A DNA stretch of 64,000 nucleotides, from the IMG/VR virus record IMGVR_UViG_3300035208_007487, one strand, 5' to 3'. Positions 37,456-47,777 of the stretch are shown here, in pieces; within the stretch, counting starts at the first letter, position 1; every line of letters starts with the position of its first letter. Source of the DNA: a virus (lineage: Duplodnaviria; Caudoviricetes). The translations under genes were made by a program, and so were the position numbers. The notes beneath the pieces were generated by a model. The model saw nothing but the letters and a program-made list of their open reading frames with translations, had not been told where the DNA came from and ran no database searches.

Positions 37456-37482
37456 ATTTAAATACTGACGATTATGCTATTA

Positions 37483-38751
37483 TTAGTAGCTTAATCCTGG
37501 GAAGTAGTTGTTCAAGCCATTGAAATTCAATACTCTGTAGAATGTTCCTGATCCGAACATGTTATCAAGGATAGCATATCTGGTGCTCAAGATAATTCTT
37601 GGAGTAGCGTCTTCAGAGCCTAAAGTCTTCTGAACCATCAAAGGAATATAAGGCATATAGATGATACCGGATTGTCCAAGCTTTTCACCTTTAAATCCAA
37701 CTAAGGCGTAATCGCTAGTTGCGAATGTATCAACGTATACTTCAATCTGTGAACCAAGCAATGTTCCAACTTTAACACCCATCTGAGAACCGTTAACCGA
37801 AGTTTCGTTTCTAGTAAAGATGCCATTGTTTAAGGACTGTAATGCCGCTACTACACCTGGGCTAGCAACTACAAAGTTACCTTGTCCCTGACGAGTAGTG
37901 ATTCTCAATTTCTGAGATGCAGCTACAATTGCGTTAGCAATGGTTGCAAATCTTTCCTGTGAGAAACGTCCATCAGATACAACAGTGGTTCCACTAATAC
38001 CGGCTGTAAGATTTGGGCTTACGTCAATCGTATAAGCAGGAGCACCACCTAATGTTGGGTTAACAGCACAAGATTTCATTCTGATTAACAATTCACGATC
38101 CAACTCTTGCTGTAATTCATACTGAAGAGTTTCCATCATTAATTGCTCAATGTCCTGTCCATGAACATTAGCAATATCTTGCTGCATTTCTACAGTGTAT
38201 GATGTTTTGATTTTACGAGTTCCAGCTTCAATAGCTTTCTTCTCGATGGTTACTTTACCTTTAGCAATTTGGTTTTCTGGCTGGGTTAATCCACCTGCAC
38301 AGTTTTCCATATAGTTAGAAAGCAATTCACCCTCTGGAGTAGTCCAAGTTGATGGAGCAGATGAAACACCTTTACCAGTCCATTCAGGTTTAACGTAGTT
38401 ATAACCCATTTCAGTCTGGCTGAATGAATCAACTCCACACTCATCATAACGGAATCTCATAGCAAAAGCTAATCCGTAAGGCTGAGTTAATGGCTGAACG
38501 CTTGCGACATTCATAGCTAAAAGCTCAGGGAACATACGGCGAACTAGAGGCATAGCATAGTTCTGGTACTGTTGCATGTCTGAAGATACAGACTGTGATT
38601 CTGGTAAGAATCCTTTATTAAGTTTATACTGGTTCTCAAGCAAGGTAGCTACAGTATGAGCTTCTGATTGAGTCTTTAAAGCACGGCCAATTGGCATTTC
38701 CAAAGCGCCTTGCCATTTTTTGATTAATGATTGATTTACTACTGGTTTCAT
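37483..38751 (-). CDS. Major capsid protein gp23
   Basis: TLLENQ, PLVRR, VQPL..P.GLAFAMR, RKIKT.YTVE..QD..HG, YMPYIPL, TRYA. Confidence 0.96.
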   Translation of the reverse strand: MKPVVNQSLIKKWQGALEMPIGRALKTQSEAHTVATLLENQYKLNKGFLPESQSVSSDMQQYQNYAMPLVRRMFPELLAMNVASVQPLTQPYGLAFAMRFRYDECGVDSFSQTEMGYNYVKPEWTGKGVSSAPSTWTTPEGELLSNYMENCAGGLTQPENQIAKGKVTIEKKAIEAGTRKIKTSYTVEMQQDIANVHGQDIEQLMMETLQYELQQELDRELLIRMKSCAVNPTLGGAPAYTIDVSPNLTAGISGTTVVSDGRFSQERFATIANAIVAASQKLRITTRQGQGNFVVASPGVVAALQSLNNGIFTRNETSVNGSQMGVKVGTLLGSQIEVYVDTFATSDYALVGFKGEKLGQSGIIYMPYIPLMVQKTLGSEDATPRIILSTRYAILDNMFGSGTFYRVLNFNGLNNYFPGLSY

Positions 38752-38848
38752 ATTTTCTCCTAAATTAAGGACTATTCCTCATCCTTTAATTTATATTTAG
38801 GAGAATGATTTTAAAATTATAAAAAGTGATCAAAAAAGTGTATAAGAA

Positions 38849-39646
38849 TTATCCCCAAGTTCTCATAAATTCATTAACAGGATCATTATCATCTACTTGA
38901 TTATCTTCTTCATTATTATGCATAGCATATGCTTCATCTAATACAGTCTTTTTAAGTTTAGGAATATTTATTTTAGTATTAGGTTTGAATTTTCCATCTA
39001 ATACTGTTTTATTAGTAGCAATAGTACTATTATCTGATTCTAATAAACTATTAGCTTCTGATAGTAGAGAATCAACATCTTTATCAGAACTTTCAAATTG
39101 AATAGATTTAGCAGATTTTTCATCTTTTAGTTTAGTAACATATAATGCAACTTCTTTTAAGAAATCATCTCTACTTAATTTATCATATCTAGGGTCATTT
39201 TTAAATCTATTAATAGCAGTATTGATTATATCTTTATTCATACCAGATAAGCTGGCTTCTATTGTTTCATGTATTTCTAACATATCTCTTAAGTCCTGTA
39301 TTGTTTTAACTGCTTCCATTAATGTTGATTGCATATCAATTAATGTGCTATTGGTTTCGGTGGTATTTTCTGAAATGCTCTCTGTTAAAGTATTTTTAAT
39401 ACCTTTACCATTAAGAACAGATACTATACTATCTACAATAGGTTTATAGTATATTTTATCACAACTTTTATCTATTGATTCTAATTGAACATTCTTTTTA
39501 ATTGCTTCTGATGCGAATTTTTTTAAAGTATCATATAATTCATCTTTTAATTTATTAAAATGATCCTTATACTGACTTTCCAATAATGATTCTTTTTTAG
39601 CTACTTCAGCTTCAATTAATGTTTGCATTTCAGGTGATATATTCAT
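38849..39646 (-). CDS. Prohead core/scaffold protein, gp22-like
   Basis: Helical with repeated LxE(S) sites; lies between the protease and capsid genes. Confidence 0.75.
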   Translation of the reverse strand: MNISPEMQTLIEAEVAKKESLLESQYKDHFNKLKDELYDTLKKFASEAIKKNVQLESIDKSCDKIYYKPIVDSIVSVLNGKGIKNTLTESISENTTETNSTLIDMQSTLMEAVKTIQDLRDMLEIHETIEASLSGMNKDIINTAINRFKNDPRYDKLSRDDFLKEVALYVTKLKDEKSAKSIQFESSDKDVDSLLSEANSLLESDNSTIATNKTVLDGKFKPNTKINIPKLKKTVLDEAYAMHNNEEDNQVDDNDPVNEFMRTWG

Positions 39647-40386
39647 TATTTACCAATAGTATTTAGAAGTTTGTTAAGTGAATAATATTGAGTCTGCATT
39701 AATGTACCAGCCTTAACAGACATATCAACTTCATTTCTAAACTCTGCAATAGCTGATTCAACCAAAGGTCTATAATATCCATTAACTGATTCAGTTAGAA
39801 GTTTTTTACTAGGGGAAGTAGCTTCCATTACAGCTTGCATCATTGCATCTTTACCATAAGAAGGACGGCCAACTGCATCAATGGTTATTAATTCATAATC
39901 ATCAGATACTATATTTCTTCCACCATCTCTATAAACAGAGCCTAATCCTCTTAACGAAACTCCAATAGGAATTCCTTCATCTGCTAATATTTTTAAAATA
40001 GCCCCGCAAGGATGTTTTTCAATGACTCTGAATTTAATCATCATTCTATTGCCAACCATTTTTAACTCTTCTATAATATGGCTAACTTTTTCTAAATTAA
40101 TTTCAGTAACAGGTAATAGTTTAGGATTACCTTCATCATCTACAGGTGGATGGTTCAATTCACCTAATGCATTAAATGTTTTAATATAATTTTCATTATA
40201 ATTATTACACTCTCTCGACATTAATCTTGTAGGATATGTTCTGCCATTTATACCTGCTTCATCACATACAATAGCAGTGCCCTTCATTTTTAATCGTTTA
40301 ACTCCAGGCATTGTTCCAATAGATTCATATATTGGAGTGATTAGTGAAGTACCTTCATTACCGTCAACTAGTTTTAGTTTACCCAT
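39646..40386 (-). CDS. Prohead protease gp21
   Basis: NGRTYP, GELNHP, VSH, GVSLRGLGS, DAVGRPS. Confidence 0.93.
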   Translation of the reverse strand: MGKLKLVDGNEGTSLITPIYESIGTMPGVKRLKMKGTAIVCDEAGINGRTYPTRLMSRECNNYNENYIKTFNALGELNHPPVDDEGNPKLLPVTEINLEKVSHIIEELKMVGNRMMIKFRVIEKHPCGAILKILADEGIPIGVSLRGLGSVYRDGGRNIVSDDYELITIDAVGRPSYGKDAMMQAVMEATSPSKKLLTESVNGYYRPLVESAIAEFRNEVDMSVKAGTLMQTQYYSLNKLLNTIGK

Positions 40387-40388
40387 TG

Positions 40389-40547
40389 TTATTTACCACT
40401 TTCAAGTTCATTAAATCTAGTCGAAACAATATTGTTATATTGCTCTTCTAATACTTCAGAAAAAAGTAACAAAAAAGAGTCTAGATCTTTATTGGAAATA
40501 GACTCTATCAATATTTTCTCTCTAATTTTATCTGAAGCTAAACTCAT
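40389..40547 (-). CDS. Small prohead core-like protein at the gp67/68 position (52 aa; not in the ORF track)
   Basis: MSLASDKIREKILIESISNKDL...ELESGK*; TATAAATA upstream. Confidence 0.6.
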   Translation of the reverse strand: MSLASDKIREKILIESISNKDLDSFLLLFSEVLEEQYNNIVSTRFNELESGK

Positions 40548-40580
40548 AATAAATTATTTATATAATATTATTAAATTACA

Positions 40581-42419
40581 TTATTTTTCACTTGGTAGCT
40601 CTAAGTTAGGCGCTGAGTTCTCAGGTTCAGTTGCAGGAGCTTCTTCACCTCCGGGTTCTCCCATAGGTGCTTCTAAAGGGGCTGCGCCACCAATACCACC
40701 CAATTCACTTCCCCCTATTTCATCTCCACCAAACCCACTACCGCCACCTTCGGGTACATTTAAAGTTTGAGTTTCTTTATTTATTTCTTCTAGCCTTTCT
40801 TTTTCTCTTAAGCGTCTAACTAATTCTTTATCTCTTAATTGTAAATTCTTACTATATTGCTCATCGCTCATTTGACAGAAGTCTTTAAGAACTAATTCTT
40901 TAGCTAATATATCTTTTGGACCTCCACTAAAATCAGCGAGGAATTCAGAAGCTTTAGCTAATATATCTAATTTCATATTAATCATTTCTGATTCTTTAAT
41001 CATCTTAAATACATTAGACTGTTCAAATGTAACTTGGTATAATTTAGGATCTTTTATCTTATCATCATATTCAGGTCTAGTCTCTAAGTACATTATGAAT
41101 AAATCAATCAATACTTTACCAAAGCTAGCTTGCATGTTTTCAATAAAACGAGTTAAAATAACTTGTTCAACATCAATTTCCCCAGGTTTACCTATTGAAG
41201 CTGGTTGAGCTTGTTGAGTATTCATTCTTGAACGACTTCTAGGGTATTTTAATGCTTGATAGATTTTCTCTCTAAAATAATTCAATGGAGTTATTTCACC
41301 AATATTAGTACCGGCTGGGAGAACATCAATTTTAGAAGGGCTAGTTCCATCTGGAACTGGAACAAAGATAGATTCAGACATAGCCTGAATTCTTTCACTT
41401 CCTAATATAGTACCTTCATCTCCATTATAATAAACTTTTCTATTCAATACATTAGCTTGTCTTTGTAAATGCTCTTCTGCTTTAGGAGGCGGCATTTTAC
41501 CAGTTGAAATATAATAGACTAATTTTTCAGTACCTCTAGTTATAATGTATTTGGCATATGAATCTTCAAGATTGCCTAAAACATTTACGAATTTTTTAGC
41601 AGGTTCTAAATAAGATTGTCTATCGTTAATTCCACCCATTCCCCAACTTTGATAATCCCACCATAATATTTGATTTACTGAATAATCTTTGTAAGTATAG
41701 CGACCATTATTTGTTGCAGCTTTATCTATATTAATTCCACCATATTCATTATCAATAATCTGTCTAAATCCAACAATAACTCCATCATCTATAATTACTA
41801 ACATATTATATGAAGGTAAATGATTAACACCTGTTATTTTATTTTTTTCTTTATTATAACAAACTTCCCAAAATTGCGCTCCTTCAACTAAAAATTTAAT
41901 GAATACATTTTTTGCAACTTCATTAAAGTTAAATATTGTTTGCATGACATTACTAAAATCTTGCTGTAAATTATTTTTAGAAATATCTCCAATAGCAACT
42001 CCAGGGTATCTATCATTAATAGCTAATGATATTACTTGACCTCTTCCATTATCAGTAATAGCTTCATTAGCTATATTCTCTACAATCTCAGAAACTTCTG
42101 GATTTTTTAACATATTTCTGTATGAAATAACCCTTTGTCTTAATTTCTGATGGCTATCATCTACTATTTTATCAGCTATTAATTTTCTACGCTCAATTGG
42201 ATCTTTTTCTAATTGGGAATTTCGATATAATAAAACTGGACCTTCGGCTGTAGCTGAAATGGGCATTACTGCTCGTTCAGACTGCCCTACTTTATCTCTA
42301 TTAGCTTCAGCATCGCGTTTGGATTCAACTTTTCTAAAATCCTTAAAATCATCATATTTAGAATTATTTGTTAATTGAATTAACTTTTGTTTTCTTCTAT
42401 CTTCAGCAGACTGTATCAT
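40581..42419 (-). CDS. Portal protein gp20
   Basis: YRNM..PEV..I.NIANEA, SYLEPA..LEDS..Y.ITR..E..VYYI.TGKMP..KAE, ALKYPRSR. Confidence 0.93.
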   Translation of the reverse strand: MIQSAEDRRKQKLIQLTNNSKYDDFKDFRKVESKRDAEANRDKVGQSERAVMPISATAEGPVLLYRNSQLEKDPIERRKLIADKIVDDSHQKLRQRVISYRNMLKNPEVSEIVENIANEAITDNGRGQVISLAINDRYPGVAIGDISKNNLQQDFSNVMQTIFNFNEVAKNVFIKFLVEGAQFWEVCYNKEKNKITGVNHLPSYNMLVIIDDGVIVGFRQIIDNEYGGINIDKAATNNGRYTYKDYSVNQILWWDYQSWGMGGINDRQSYLEPAKKFVNVLGNLEDSYAKYIITRGTEKLVYYISTGKMPPPKAEEHLQRQANVLNRKVYYNGDEGTILGSERIQAMSESIFVPVPDGTSPSKIDVLPAGTNIGEITPLNYFREKIYQALKYPRSRSRMNTQQAQPASIGKPGEIDVEQVILTRFIENMQASFGKVLIDLFIMYLETRPEYDDKIKDPKLYQVTFEQSNVFKMIKESEMINMKLDILAKASEFLADFSGGPKDILAKELVLKDFCQMSDEQYSKNLQLRDKELVRRLREKERLEEINKETQTLNVPEGGGSGFGGDEIGGSELGGIGGAAPLEAPMGEPGGEEAPATEPENSAPNLELPSEK

Positions 42420-42435
42420 TTAAATTATTTAGTAA

Positions 42436-43170
42436 TTATTTAATACTTGAATATAGACTATCATATGCTTTAAGATATTTTTCAGCTAATAATTCATATA
42501 CTTTTTTAGCAATTGGCTTATTTCTTTTCTTAAATGATTGAGAATCTGGGTCGAATTTATATTCGCGTCTAATCTTAATTTCACTCTTTTTGTCTACTTT
42601 AGCTCCTTTAGTAGCTAAATCTAATAGTCTATTTCTTATTAAACTATTTTTCTTATTGAAATAACAAATATCTTGAATTAATTCAACATTATTCTCAACT
42701 CCAATAATTCTAGAGCTAAAGACTTCATTAAAATCTCTATAATTATCTATAGAAATTTCAACTAGCCCAACTGCTTCTAATATGTCAGTTCCTTGTAATA
42801 TTTTAGCTATATATTTAAAAATTCTCTCAGTTATATCTAAATCAAATGGAACATCATTAATATATTCAATTTCAGTCATATTAGGGATCAATGAACTGAA
42901 TGATTTAATTTTACTAGATTTCTTTAATTCAAGCACATCTGAATTATCTAAAACCAAAGAAGTCATTAATACCAATATTTTATTTTTTGTTTTTTCATCA
43001 ATGGTTTCACTAGAATTAACATGTTCAATTAATTTATTAATTGCATCTACATAGCCATTGGTTAATGATTCAATATATTCTCTATTGAATTTTCTATAAG
43101 GGGATTCTTTTGGAATCCCATTGACTGCTATTTCACCACTTGCTTCTCTAAATTGATATATATTAGACAT
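42436..43170 (-). CDS. Hypothetical protein (244 aa)
   Basis: Long ORF in the head cluster. Confidence 0.7.
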   Translation of the reverse strand: MSNIYQFREASGEIAVNGIPKESPYRKFNREYIESLTNGYVDAINKLIEHVNSSETIDEKTKNKILVLMTSLVLDNSDVLELKKSSKIKSFSSLIPNMTEIEYINDVPFDLDITERIFKYIAKILQGTDILEAVGLVEISIDNYRDFNEVFSSRIIGVENNVELIQDICYFNKKNSLIRNRLLDLATKGAKVDKKSEIKIRREYKFDPDSQSFKKRNKPIAKKVYELLAEKYLKAYDSLYSSIK

Positions 43171-43195
43171 ACAATTATTTATCTTAATTATAGTT

Positions 43196-44335
43196 TTACT
43201 TAATTTTCTTGCTATATGCTGTGGCAGTTGCTACATTCTTTTTTTCTTTATCTAAATTATCAATATCTCTAAAATTGCTTTGCATTTTTCCATAATCAGA
43301 TGATGTTTGGTATGGTGTATTGATAGTTTTTAATTTATCCTTAATATCTTCTTTTCCAAAAGCTATTTCTGTTGCAGTTTTTTCAGTATTAGTTATTGCT
43401 TTTTTAATTAAATTAGGTTTTAAATCATCTAAATTAGATTCTATAGTGAAAACTATTTTATTAATTAATTCATTTATCTTTTTAATATTATTAGCTTCAT
43501 TTTTATTGTATAATATTCCAATATTAATTGTTTTAACTCTTCCATCAACCTTTGTATTAATATCAAATCCAAATTTATATAAATTAGTCAATTTTTCAAA
43601 GTTCCAATCTTGGTTGTTTGAAAATCCAGTAGATAATTGTCTTGTTATATCATTTAATTTATCATTCCATTCCCCAATATTTAATTCAGTGTTATTAAAA
43701 TCAGAAGATGAACTTGGATTTAAATATCCATTTTCCATATAAGTAATTTTAGGAGGATCATATAATGTGTCTAAATTAGATACAAATGATTTTTTAAATA
43801 ATTCACCTGATTCAACTTTAGAATTTAAATAATCTATTATATTTAAATTATATAAAGCTACAAAATAAAAATAATGTCTGTATATAGCTGTAATTTTTCT
43901 GTATTGGAAGTCATCAGTTGTTCTATAATTAGCTGTATCACTTTTACCACCTGATAGATTTCTATATTCTATGGCGATATTAGTTGCAACTTTTTCAATT
44001 AAAGTAATTACGTTTTTTTGCAATTCAGATAATACTGCTAAACTTGTTTTAGCCTTATTTGACATAGCATATTGAGAGAAATAATTAATGATTACATTCC
44101 ATAAATCCATATTAGATAATTTTGTGCCAGCTAATTTAATATTTTCATTAGCCCCCATATATGAAAATTCTTCATTAGATTTAGTATATTCATTTAATAT
44201 TCTTAATGCTTCATCTTGACTAGCTGTATTGATTTTAGGTAAATTGATTTTTTCAGGGGCTTTAGTAGTAGGCTCATCTACGGTAGATGTTTCTTCTAAT
44301 AAGTAATATCTCCCCTTATATATTAATTCATTCAT
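43196..44335 (-). CDS. Hypothetical late protein (379 aa)
   Basis: ATAAATA 5 nt upstream; N-terminal LLEE. Confidence 0.7.
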   Translation of the reverse strand: MNELIYKGRYYLLEETSTVDEPTTKAPEKINLPKINTASQDEALRILNEYTKSNEEFSYMGANENIKLAGTKLSNMDLWNVIINYFSQYAMSNKAKTSLAVLSELQKNVITLIEKVATNIAIEYRNLSGGKSDTANYRTTDDFQYRKITAIYRHYFYFVALYNLNIIDYLNSKVESGELFKKSFVSNLDTLYDPPKITYMENGYLNPSSSSDFNNTELNIGEWNDKLNDITRQLSTGFSNNQDWNFEKLTNLYKFGFDINTKVDGRVKTINIGILYNKNEANNIKKINELINKIVFTIESNLDDLKPNLIKKAITNTEKTATEIAFGKEDIKDKLKTINTPYQTSSDYGKMQSNFRDIDNLDKEKKNVATATAYSKKIK

Positions 44336-44343
44336 ATTATTAT

Positions 44344-45771
44344 TTATGGTTCAGGTGGAGTAATCATCTCATCGAACGATGTAGTATTAGTTGAATATTT
44401 TATTGCTTGAGAAATATCAATAACACCTCTAGTTGTTTTTACAAAATCTCTATTAGGGGGAGTAATCATTTCTTCAAATATTGTCATGCTATTTGCAATA
44501 GTTTTTGCAGTATCAATATCATTTATTAATTTAGTTGGATCAATTCCTAAATCGCCAATCAAACCATGCTCATTTATTTCAAATCGTATATCAGTATAAG
44601 CAGAAGAAGTTTTATTAATTTCTTCGGCTATTTTACTTTCAGAAATATTAGATAAAGTATTATTATATACACTATCACTAGAATCAGACATAGTTAATTC
44701 AACTAAATCAAAATCATCTTTAGTTGGCAAATAATCGGTTGGCATTATATATATCGTACTAGTAGAGATAGTAATCTTTTCTTCAAATTCATTATAGTAA
44801 TAGAAATAAGTATTACCAGAATCATCTTCATAAAATGTTAAACTTCCACTATTAACAATATTATTATTTTCATCAAATGTATAGCTATATGCTTCATCAT
44901 ATAATATTTGAAATAATTGTTTGTTATTATAATCGCCTAATATTGAATAATAAATAATAGCTTCTTTTAGTGAATATTTGTTATTTTGTGCCCACGTTAT
45001 TAATGAAATAATAGTGTATTGTTTTTTTAAATTAATTTCACATTTTAGCTTCCATAAACTTAAATAATCTTCTTCAACAATTTCTAGATCATCTGATAGA
45101 TAAGTATTTCCAGTATAGGGTATTTCATTATCTAAAACAGTAAGTATATCATAATTATCATAAATTGTATTAAGAAAATCATCTCTCATAGTAGATATTT
45201 CATTTGGAGCTAATCCAGGATGCCATTCCCAATGAGAAAAATTAGAATACCCCGAAAATAATCCACCCCAATATATAACATATGGATCATCAACATATTT
45301 TTTTAATAAATCATTAACATCTGCTTTTACATTATAGATTATACTAGGATATACTCCAAATATTTTTACAACATTGCCATCCAATAAGTTTGCACTAAAC
45401 CAATCCTGACAAGCTTTAATAAAAGTAGTAGCAGATCCATCATCAAAATTTAAAGATGTTTTTATATAATCATTAGTGGAACTTGCATCAATTATTTGGT
45501 CAGATGTTTTATTGTAAACATTTATAGATATTGCATTACCATATAAATACCAGCTTAATCCATTTTTTCTATCTTCAAATAATGTAGTAATTTTTTTCTC
45601 ACAATACCAAGATCGTTTAGTACGAACAATATCATATGCATAAGTTGGATTATTGGCAACCCAATAATCTAAAAATTTAATAAGATGATTAACAATAGGA
45701 ATAAAAGCGCGTTTTAATTCGCTTATTGCTACGCTAGTTTCATTATATATTTTAGGTAAAGAACTATCCAT
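44344..45771 (-). CDS. Virion protein with a degenerate peptidase M15-like domain
   Basis: SWYLYGNAISI (compare SxHxxGxAxD) and WGGLF..SHWE. Confidence 0.5.
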   Translation of the reverse strand: MDSSLPKIYNETSVAISELKRAFIPIVNHLIKFLDYWVANNPTYAYDIVRTKRSWYCEKKITTLFEDRKNGLSWYLYGNAISINVYNKTSDQIIDASSTNDYIKTSLNFDDGSATTFIKACQDWFSANLLDGNVVKIFGVYPSIIYNVKADVNDLLKKYVDDPYVIYWGGLFSGYSNFSHWEWHPGLAPNEISTMRDDFLNTIYDNYDILTVLDNEIPYTGNTYLSDDLEIVEEDYLSLWKLKCEINLKKQYTIISLITWAQNNKYSLKEAIIYYSILGDYNNKQLFQILYDEAYSYTFDENNNIVNSGSLTFYEDDSGNTYFYYYNEFEEKITISTSTIYIMPTDYLPTKDDFDLVELTMSDSSDSVYNNTLSNISESKIAEEINKTSSAYTDIRFEINEHGLIGDLGIDPTKLINDIDTAKTIANSMTIFEEMITPPNRDFVKTTRGVIDISQAIKYSTNTTSFDEMITPPEP

Positions 45772-46234
45772 TTAATTCGCTTATTTTGCCATGAACCCAA
45801 TTAACGAATTCAGCTAATGAGGTTTTAGGGTCGTCTTGTGAAATGCTGTCTAATTTAGTCCAAATGTCATCTGAAAACATTTTAAACTTATCTTCATCTA
45901 CATCATTTATGCCCAATCTTGTGAAAAATGAAGATACATATTCTTTAATATTATCTTGATCGAGCATATCAGCAGTCATTATTTCTATTAAATTATGAAT
46001 AGCTGGATCATTATCTATATAACTATTAAGTACTTTACCATTTAAAAATATATCAGAATTTTTAACAGTAGATTCTTCAGGAGGCGGCGCAATTTGAACA
46101 TTACTATTGTTTGGTTCATTAGTTGAATCATCGGTAGGTGCAGGCGTTTCATCAGGTGCATCATCTGCTTCAAATATTCCAGTGACAATATTCATAAAGT
46201 CATCATTTAAATTATTATTAGTAAAAATATCCAT
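45764..46234 (-). CDS. Hypothetical acidic late protein
   Basis: CTAAATA 6 nt upstream. Confidence 0.7.
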   Translation of the reverse strand: MDIFTNNNLNDDFMNIVTGIFEADDAPDETPAPTDDSTNEPNNSNVQIAPPPEESTVKNSDIFLNGKVLNSYIDNDPAIHNLIEIMTADMLDQDNIKEYVSSFFTRLGINDVDEDKFKMFSDDIWTKLDSISQDDPKTSLAEFVNWVHGKISELNG

Positions 46235-46254
46235 ATATGTTATTTAGATAAAAT

Positions 46255-46281
46255 AAAAAAGGAGTTGCTAACAACTCCTTT
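46255..46281 (-). terminator. Intrinsic terminator
   Basis: AAAGGAGTTG..CAACTCCTTT stem with a T run on the minus strand. Confidence 0.85.
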
Positions 46282-46307
46282 CTATTAACCAACTAATTAA
46301 TAATTAA

Positions 46308-47717
46308 TTATCTTCCTTCTCTAATTATTCTTTTAGCTTCCTCTAAAAAGCTTTTAGCTTTATTTTCTACTGATTCTCTAACTACAGCAGCTTTAACTTG
46401 TGGAGTTACTGCTTTCTGAGCAGGAGCTTTTTTAGGAGTAACTGGTTTAGGAATTCCAGACGTAACAGGAATGGTTTCTTGAGATTTTCCGACATCACGT
46501 TTATCTTTAGTGAAACCTGGATTTACTTTATTGACTTCTGTTTCATTTTCAGCTTGCTCTTTAGTCTGAGGAGATACTTTCTTAGGTGCTGAAGCTAATG
46601 CTCTTAATTCACCTAATTTATATCCTGGTTTTGAAGTCTTAGGAGTTGCTTTTAATTGAAAGTCTGGATGTTGAGCACCATCATTTGCTTTAGGATCTCC
46701 ACCTTCAACAAATTTATTATTGTACTCACCAAATAATCCAATTGATTCAAAAACAGCTTCATTTTTTCCAGCTAAAGATTTAACTAATTCTTTTAATTCA
46801 TCAATCTCAGATTTCAATCCTTCTAAAGTAGCTTCTCCGCCTTCTGGAGCGCCTAATGCTTCCGAAGGTATTTCCTCATCACCTGATCCACTAACAACCT
46901 CTACAGGCTCTACCTCGTCAGCAGTGACTACTTTAATAGTATCTTCATCGTCATCTACGTTAGGAATACCGTGTTCACCATGTTCTCCACATTCAGCGCA
47001 AACACCTTCATTAGTAGATTCTTCCTCTTCTTCAGGAACTTCGGATGTTTCAACTGGATTACCTTGGGTACCGTCTTCATCACCAGCTTCTTCCGAACTT
47101 GGATCTGAATCTTCAGTTAATTTTTCCTTCTCTTCTTCTGATTTTTCTTCAGCAGGAGTTTCGCTAGCTTCATGAGAGGCATCTTCTTCTGAATTTTCTT
47201 CAGGAGTGCCTTCATTATTCTCAGCATTCTCTTCTGGAATCTGCCCACCATTTTCAAGGCCAAGATCTAAGGATTGTTTACAATATTCAATTATTGCATT
47301 CTTTTTAGCTTTTAATAATTCATTCTCTTCAACAGGAGTTGATACACTATCTTGTTCAGCTTCGCTTAAATAAGCACTAGTATTAGCAACTTCTTCTAAA
47401 ATCATCTCTAAAGCTGGTTCAGAAATGGATTCACCACTAATTTCATCAAGCATATCTTGCAAATTGCGTCTAATAATTGCCTTATCTTCATCAGATAATT
47501 CAATATCCTTTGAATCATAGTGAACTGGACTTTCAATTCCATTCTCCTGATCATCTAGGTCAACAGTATTATTCAAATCCTCTATTGAGAAGGGATCTGA
47601 AGAAGCTCCTGCTGCTTCGGTTACTGCTGATTTAGCGTCTTGTTTTCTTTGCTGATCTATTGACTCAACAAGAGCTAAAATATTTTCAGTATCTTTCATT
47701 GTGTTTAAATATGACAT
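46308..47717 (-). CDS. Highly acidic low-complexity protein, probable prohead core/internal protein
   Basis: E/D-rich with many (L/V/F)xE sites; AAGGAG SD, tandem late motifs and its own terminator. Confidence 0.7.
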   Translation of the reverse strand: MSYLNTMKDTENILALVESIDQQRKQDAKSAVTEAAGASSDPFSIEDLNNTVDLDDQENGIESPVHYDSKDIELSDEDKAIIRRNLQDMLDEISGESISEPALEMILEEVANTSAYLSEAEQDSVSTPVEENELLKAKKNAIIEYCKQSLDLGLENGGQIPEENAENNEGTPEENSEEDASHEASETPAEEKSEEEKEKLTEDSDPSSEEAGDEDGTQGNPVETSEVPEEEEESTNEGVCAECGEHGEHGIPNVDDDEDTIKVVTADEVEPVEVVSGSGDEEIPSEALGAPEGGEATLEGLKSEIDELKELVKSLAGKNEAVFESIGLFGEYNNKFVEGGDPKANDGAQHPDFQLKATPKTSKPGYKLGELRALASAPKKVSPQTKEQAENETEVNKVNPGFTKDKRDVGKSQETIPVTSGIPKPVTPKKAPAQKAVTPQVKAAVVRESVENKAKSFLEEAKRIIREGR

Positions 47718-47777
47718 ATCAATCTCCTTATTTCTATTTAGTTATTTATGAATTTTAAGTACATTTTTTATAATTAA

